Below are positions 60,074 to 64,000 of a DNA stretch of 64,000 nt, piece after piece. The notes below the pieces were generated by a model that was not told the origin of the DNA, ran no database searches, and saw nothing but the letters and a program-made list of their open reading frames with translations. How positions within the stretch are numbered: the stretch's first letter is position 1; every line of letters begins with the position of its first letter. A program made the position numbers and the translations under genes. Source of the DNA: Vicinamibacteria bacterium (GTDB taxonomy: Bacteria; Acidobacteriota; Vicinamibacteria; Marinacidobacterales; Marinacidobacteraceae); the NCBI GenBank assembly GCA_963422395.1, contig OY729431.1, positions 1,280,001 to 1,344,000 of the forward strand, in the 5' to 3' direction.

Positions 60074-60997
60074 TCATGGTTCCGCCTGGTGGATCGACAG
60101 GGAGTCAGGGCCGCCGAAAGTGACCCGGTGCATCAGGCGGACCTCGCGCTCGTCGAAGGGAGAGCCGGCGTGCATCGCCGAGCGGTTGTCCCAGACAGCG
60201 ACATCGCCTTCGCGCCACTGCCAGCAGACCGCGAACTCGGGACCGGTGGCGTGGGCGAGGAGCTCTCGGAGCAGGGCGCGGACTTCCGGTTCCGCAAGCC
60301 CGCTCGCCCCGCGGATGTGGCATTCGGGGATCAGCAGCGCCTCGCGCCCGGTCTCGGGGTGGCGCGGAAGCAGCGGCCGGACCACCGGCGGATGGCGGCG
60401 GCGCACTTCCCGCGACAGTAGCGGGCGATGGGAATTCGTCCGGCGCAGGCGTTCGTCCAAAAAGTGGTAGCAGTGGACGGCGAACCGTCCCTCGATCGCT
60501 GCCCGGAGGCGCCGGGGCAGGGCCGCGGCAGCCTCGGTCATCCCGGCGAACCAGGTGCCGCCTCCGCCCGCGGGATGGACCACACAGTGGAAGATGGAAC
60601 CTGCGGGCTGTGGGTGCCGAAAACTGTCATCCGTATGCCACTGGATGTCGCCCGCATCGGCGCGGACGAAGAGCGAGCGGTATCTACCGTCTCGATAGAG
60701 GTTGCCGAGCCGGAGGATCTCGGGATGGCCGGGTAGCAGGAAGTCCGGGTCATACTTTTCGTTTCGTTCGAGCGGGCCGAAGGCGCGGCAAAAGCGCAGG
60801 AAGTCCCGGGTGTCGAGCGGGCCGCCTCCGCGCAGCACCAGGAGACCGCCCGAATCGAGCCAGAGCCGGCGCAGCGAGGCGAGCTGTTCCTCTCCGGCCT
60901 CGCCGATGGCGAATCCCTCGACGAGGCTGCCGAAACCGGAGGAAGTGATCGGGAGCGGACGCGCGATTCCGGTATCGATCGCCGGCGTCGGAATCAC
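60074..60997 (-). CDS. TauD/TfdA family Fe(II)/2-oxoglutarate dioxygenase
   Basis: WHTD, HPETGR, WREGDVAVWDNRSAMH, R-x-M-H-R. Confidence 0.88.
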   Translation of the reverse strand: MIPTPAIDTGIARPLPITSSGFGSLVEGFAIGEAGEEQLASLRRLWLDSGGLLVLRGGGPLDTRDFLRFCRAFGPLERNEKYDPDFLLPGHPEILRLGNLYRDGRYRSLFVRADAGDIQWHTDDSFRHPQPAGSIFHCVVHPAGGGGTWFAGMTEAAAALPRRLRAAIEGRFAVHCYHFLDERLRRTNSHRPLLSREVRRRHPPVVRPLLPRHPETGREALLIPECHIRGASGLAEPEVRALLRELLAHATGPEFAVCWQWREGDVAVWDNRSAMHAGSPFDEREVRLMHRVTFGGPDSLSIHQAEP

Positions 60998-62451
60998 TGC
61001 CCGCGCGTGGAACCGTGGGGAAGACGGTCCGGCATGTCGGCGAGCAGGTAGCCGAGGACCGCGAGCATTCCCGCGGCGCGGCGCAGGTCGTCGGGGTCCA
61101 CCTTGTCGAGGGTGTCGGCTTCGGTGTGATGCCAGTCGAAGTAGTGCTCCGAGACCGTGCGGAAGCCGATCCCCGGCACTCCGTCAGCCATCAGCGGGCG
61201 GATGTCGGCGCCGCCGCCCCCGCGGGTCATCGCCTCCGCATCGATCGCCGAGAAGAGGCTGCCGATGGGCCGCAGGATGGCGAGCGCCTCGGCGTACCCG
61301 TCGTCCGCATCCGGCCCGTCCCCGAGCCACGGGAGGCCGATACCGAAGCCCACCGGCCGCTCGGCACCGCCGTCCATTTCGATCGCCGCGACATGGTTTT
61401 CGATCCCGTCTCCCACGAAATCGCGGTAGGCGGTTCCTCCGCGGCCTCCGTTCTCCTCGTTCGTCCAAAGCACCACGCGCAGGGTGCGCCGGGGGCGGAG
61501 TTCGAGCCGCCGGAGCAGGGTCAGTCCGTGCCAGGCGGCGATACATGCGGCGCCGTCGTCGTGCGCGCCGTGGCCGACATCCCACGAGTCGTAATGGCCG
61601 CCCATGACCACTACTTCCTCGGGCAGTTCGCTGCCGGTGATCTCCGCCATCACATTGTGGGAGCGCGCGTCGGGGAGGGTTTCCGCTTCGAGTTCCAGGT
61701 GGATTTCGATGGGCTCCCCCAGCTCGTCGAGCCGCCGCAGCCGCTCGGCATCCTCGACGGTCAGCGCCGCGGCGGGGATCTTCGGGGTCCCCGCTTCGTA
61801 ACGCATGTTTCCGGTGTGCGGCGTGGAAAGGCTCCGTCCGGTCGCCGAGCGCACCAGGCTTGCCGCCGCGCCCTTCGCCGCAGCGCGGACCGCCCCCATC
61901 CGGCGGTAGGCGCCGGTCCCGCCGTAGCCCATCCAGGGGACCGCCCAGACCACGATGCGGCCCTCCACTTCCGAACGGGGCATCCGGTCGAGTTCCTCGA
62001 AGGACCGGGCGATCACTGCCGGGGCGCGGATCCCGCCGGGCGGCGTGGCCACGCTGCCGCCGAGCGCGAGGATCGGCAGCTGGTCCGTCGAGGGGGAGAG
62101 CAGGGTGGCCCGCGCCGGGCCCCGGACCCAGTGCGGTACCAGGACCTCCTGGAGGTGTACCCGGTCGAGTCCCTCGGCGCGCATGGTCTCCGCCGCCCAT
62201 TCGATGGCGTCCGAAAGCCCGGCAGAACCGCTCAAACGGTGTCCGATGCGCAGTGTCAGATGCTCGAGCTTGGCCCAGGCGTCCCGATCGGTGAGCGCCG
62301 CCCCGAGGATCTGTCCGGCGGTTTCGCGGTATCGGTTCGCGAGATCCTGTCGATCCTCGGGATGGAAGGAGGGCGGGTCGGGCGGTTGGGCGCTGGCCGC
62401 CGGAGTCAGAAGGAGACCCGCAGCGAGCAGGGAGAAGAAGATGCTGTTCAC
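60994..62451 (-). CDS. M28 family carboxypeptidase Q-like peptidase
   Basis: IGHRLSGS, GGHYDSWD, GAHDDG, NEENG, HHTEADT. Confidence 0.9.
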   Translation of the reverse strand: MNSIFFSLLAAGLLLTPAASAQPPDPPSFHPEDRQDLANRYRETAGQILGAALTDRDAWAKLEHLTLRIGHRLSGSAGLSDAIEWAAETMRAEGLDRVHLQEVLVPHWVRGPARATLLSPSTDQLPILALGGSVATPPGGIRAPAVIARSFEELDRMPRSEVEGRIVVWAVPWMGYGGTGAYRRMGAVRAAAKGAAASLVRSATGRSLSTPHTGNMRYEAGTPKIPAAALTVEDAERLRRLDELGEPIEIHLELEAETLPDARSHNVMAEITGSELPEEVVVMGGHYDSWDVGHGAHDDGAACIAAWHGLTLLRRLELRPRRTLRVVLWTNEENGGRGGTAYRDFVGDGIENHVAAIEMDGGAERPVGFGIGLPWLGDGPDADDGYAEALAILRPIGSLFSAIDAEAMTRGGGGADIRPLMADGVPGIGFRTVSEHYFDWHHTEADTLDKVDPDDLRRAAGMLAVLGYLLADMPDRLPHGSTRGQ

Positions 62452-62515
62452 GGGCGCAGAGGATAGAGCAGTCCGCCGCGCCCGAAAGGGTCTCGCAAGG
62501 CGGCCGCAGAGCAGT

Positions 62516-62641
62516 ATCCACAGGCTGTTGTCAGTTTGTGGATGAAATGGCGCGAGCCCCGAGAACGGTCCGGTTCTCCCGGTGGGGGCTTCGCCGTGTT
62601 GCATCGCTGGCCTTTGGCCGTGTGACTTCGTCCGCAGGCTG
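62516..62641. mobile_element. Family A: solo end (to 62527) plus a 110-bp internally deleted MITE (62532-62641)
   Basis: atccacaggctg-ttgt-cagtttgtggatgaaatggcgcgagcccc...tgtgacttcgtccgcaggctg-CTAG; matches both ends of 18079-18267. Confidence 0.8.
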
Positions 62642-62681
62642 CTAGTCTGCGGGATACCACTGCGGGGTTCGAGGCCTTCTC

Positions 62682-63923
62682 ATGGCGCGTAGCATTCGTT
62701 TTCGCGATTTCGTGCTCATCGTTTCCGTCGCTGGGTTCCTGGTCGCGGCGGCGGTGGCGATCCACACCGCCCGACCGGGAGTCGAGGGGCGCTCGGCGCC
62801 GCAGGTGCGGGCGAGCGGGGAGTGCGCGAACTGCCACCGGAACGAGACCGGCGCCATCGTCGCGCAGTTCGAGACCAGCGCGCACGCTGCCGCCGAGGTC
62901 ACCTGTCTCGATTGCCATCGGGTCCACCCGCGCCAGACGGCGGTCGAGCACTACGGGTTCCAGCTCTCGGAAGCCGCCACCGCACTTGCGTGCCAGGGGT
63001 GTCACGCCGACGAAGTACGCCAGTTCGAGAGGAGCCGCCACGCGCTGCCGGCCTACGCCGCGGTGATGGGGACGGAGGGGATTCCGGCCTCGTTCCCGGA
63101 AGATCGAGTCGCCCGCGCAGAGGAGCTCCATCCGGGAGCGGTGATGCGTCCAGCGAACGCACTCGCCCGGCTGGAGGGACCGGCCACGATCCGTTCCGGG
63201 TGCCTCGGCTGTCATGACATCGGAAGACCCAACGCAGACGGCTCCATCGGAACCTGCACCGCCTGCCACAGCCGGCATGCGACCTCCATCTCGATCGCTC
63301 GCTCTCCGGCGACCTGCGGGCAGTGTCACATGGGGCCGGACCACGCCCAGAAGGAGATCTACGGCGAGTCGAAACACGGCGTCCTGTTCGAAGCGCTGCG
63401 GCACACGATGGATCTCGACGCCGACCCCCAACGGCTCACCGCTTTCGACATGCCGGTGCCGACCTGCGCCACCTGTCACCTGAGCGGCCTTTCCGGCGCG
63501 AAGGTCACCCACGACACCACCGAGCGGCTCTCCTGGTGGCTCTTCGCACCGGTGTCGGAGAAGCGCCCGCACTACCATCGGGCGCAGGCAGAAATGCAGG
63601 GAATCTGTCTGAAGTGCCACGCCGCGAGCCATGTCGAGCAGTACTACGCCGAGGCCGAGCGGGTCGTCGAAGCCACGAACGCGCGGGTTTCGGCACTCGT
63701 GGATCGGATGGCCGAGGTCCAGGCATCCGGCCTGCTCACCGACGCTCCCTTCGACGAAACTCTCGACTTTCTCTTCTTCGACGCTTGGCACTACGCCGGG
63801 CGGACGGTGAAGCACGGCGCCTTCATGGACGGGGCCGACTTCGTGCAGTGGCACGGAACCTACGATCTGGTACATCGGCTCAGCGAGATCGAGGAACGGG
63901 TGGCGGCGCTCGTCGAGGAGTGA
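62682..63923 (+). CDS. Octaheme cytochrome c of the hydroxylamine oxidoreductase (HAO) fold
   Basis: Eight CxxCH (CANCH, CLDCH, CQGCH, CLGCH, CTACH, CGQCH, CATCH, CLKCH); CGQCHMGPDH...IYGESKHG and PTCATCH motifs; N-terminal TM. Confidence 0.87.
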   Translation: MARSIRFRDFVLIVSVAGFLVAAAVAIHTARPGVEGRSAPQVRASGECANCHRNETGAIVAQFETSAHAAAEVTCLDCHRVHPRQTAVEHYGFQLSEAATALACQGCHADEVRQFERSRHALPAYAAVMGTEGIPASFPEDRVARAEELHPGAVMRPANALARLEGPATIRSGCLGCHDIGRPNADGSIGTCTACHSRHATSISIARSPATCGQCHMGPDHAQKEIYGESKHGVLFEALRHTMDLDADPQRLTAFDMPVPTCATCHLSGLSGAKVTHDTTERLSWWLFAPVSEKRPHYHRAQAEMQGICLKCHAASHVEQYYAEAERVVEATNARVSALVDRMAEVQASGLLTDAPFDETLDFLFFDAWHYAGRTVKHGAFMDGADFVQWHGTYDLVHRLSEIEERVAALVEE

Positions 63924-64000
63924 CGACCGACTCGTCCACTTTCGGCCGGGGTTTTCGGACCCGGCGCGGCGACTCTCTCGCCGGGGGAGTGCTGCGCGCT

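Noticed and set aside
56606-60421. 1271-aa + strand ORF and other long antisense ORFs (41846-43675, 19123-20955, 21108-22934)
   Set aside because: High-GC shadow frames opposite well-supported genes, with no recognisable motifs

Overview
High-GC bacterial chromosomal segment, probably Acidobacteriota. This is inferred from the GWxTD protein, the CarboxypepD_reg/Oar-type TonB receptor, the VPS10-type glycoside hydrolase, DUF4097 and a MacA/ATPase pair with no permease. The backbone is housekeeping: 3' part of leuS, lptE, holA, rpsT, a 10-gene Mrp/Mnh Na+/H+ antiporter operon, murJ-xerD-tsaC, lon, TPM-TPM-lemA-PBP1A, many exported peptidases/hydrolases, a TonB receptor with a sigma54-type promoter, apaG, a glutamate-cysteine ligase-CBS fusion, tauD, and an octaheme HAO-fold cytochrome c. 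The most unusual signals lie outside the ORF track. (1) Family B is a ~295-bp hairpin-rich repeat at six loci. It forms head-to-tail multimers, has one fixed terminus, brackets two accessory genes inserted between holA and rpsT, and supplies the stop codons of rpsT and the VPS10 gene. (2) An IS1182-like element and five non-autonomous MITE loci (family A) share its CAGCCTGTGGA end and a CTAR/YTAG-like target that often coincides with stop codons. (3) The palindrome ACGT is almost absent across the window and replaced by ATGT/ACAT, suggesting long-term cytosine methylation or restriction at that site. No rRNA, tRNA or CRISPR array was seen. All product calls come from motif recognition by eye, not database searches, and several start codons were re-chosen from the ORF track.
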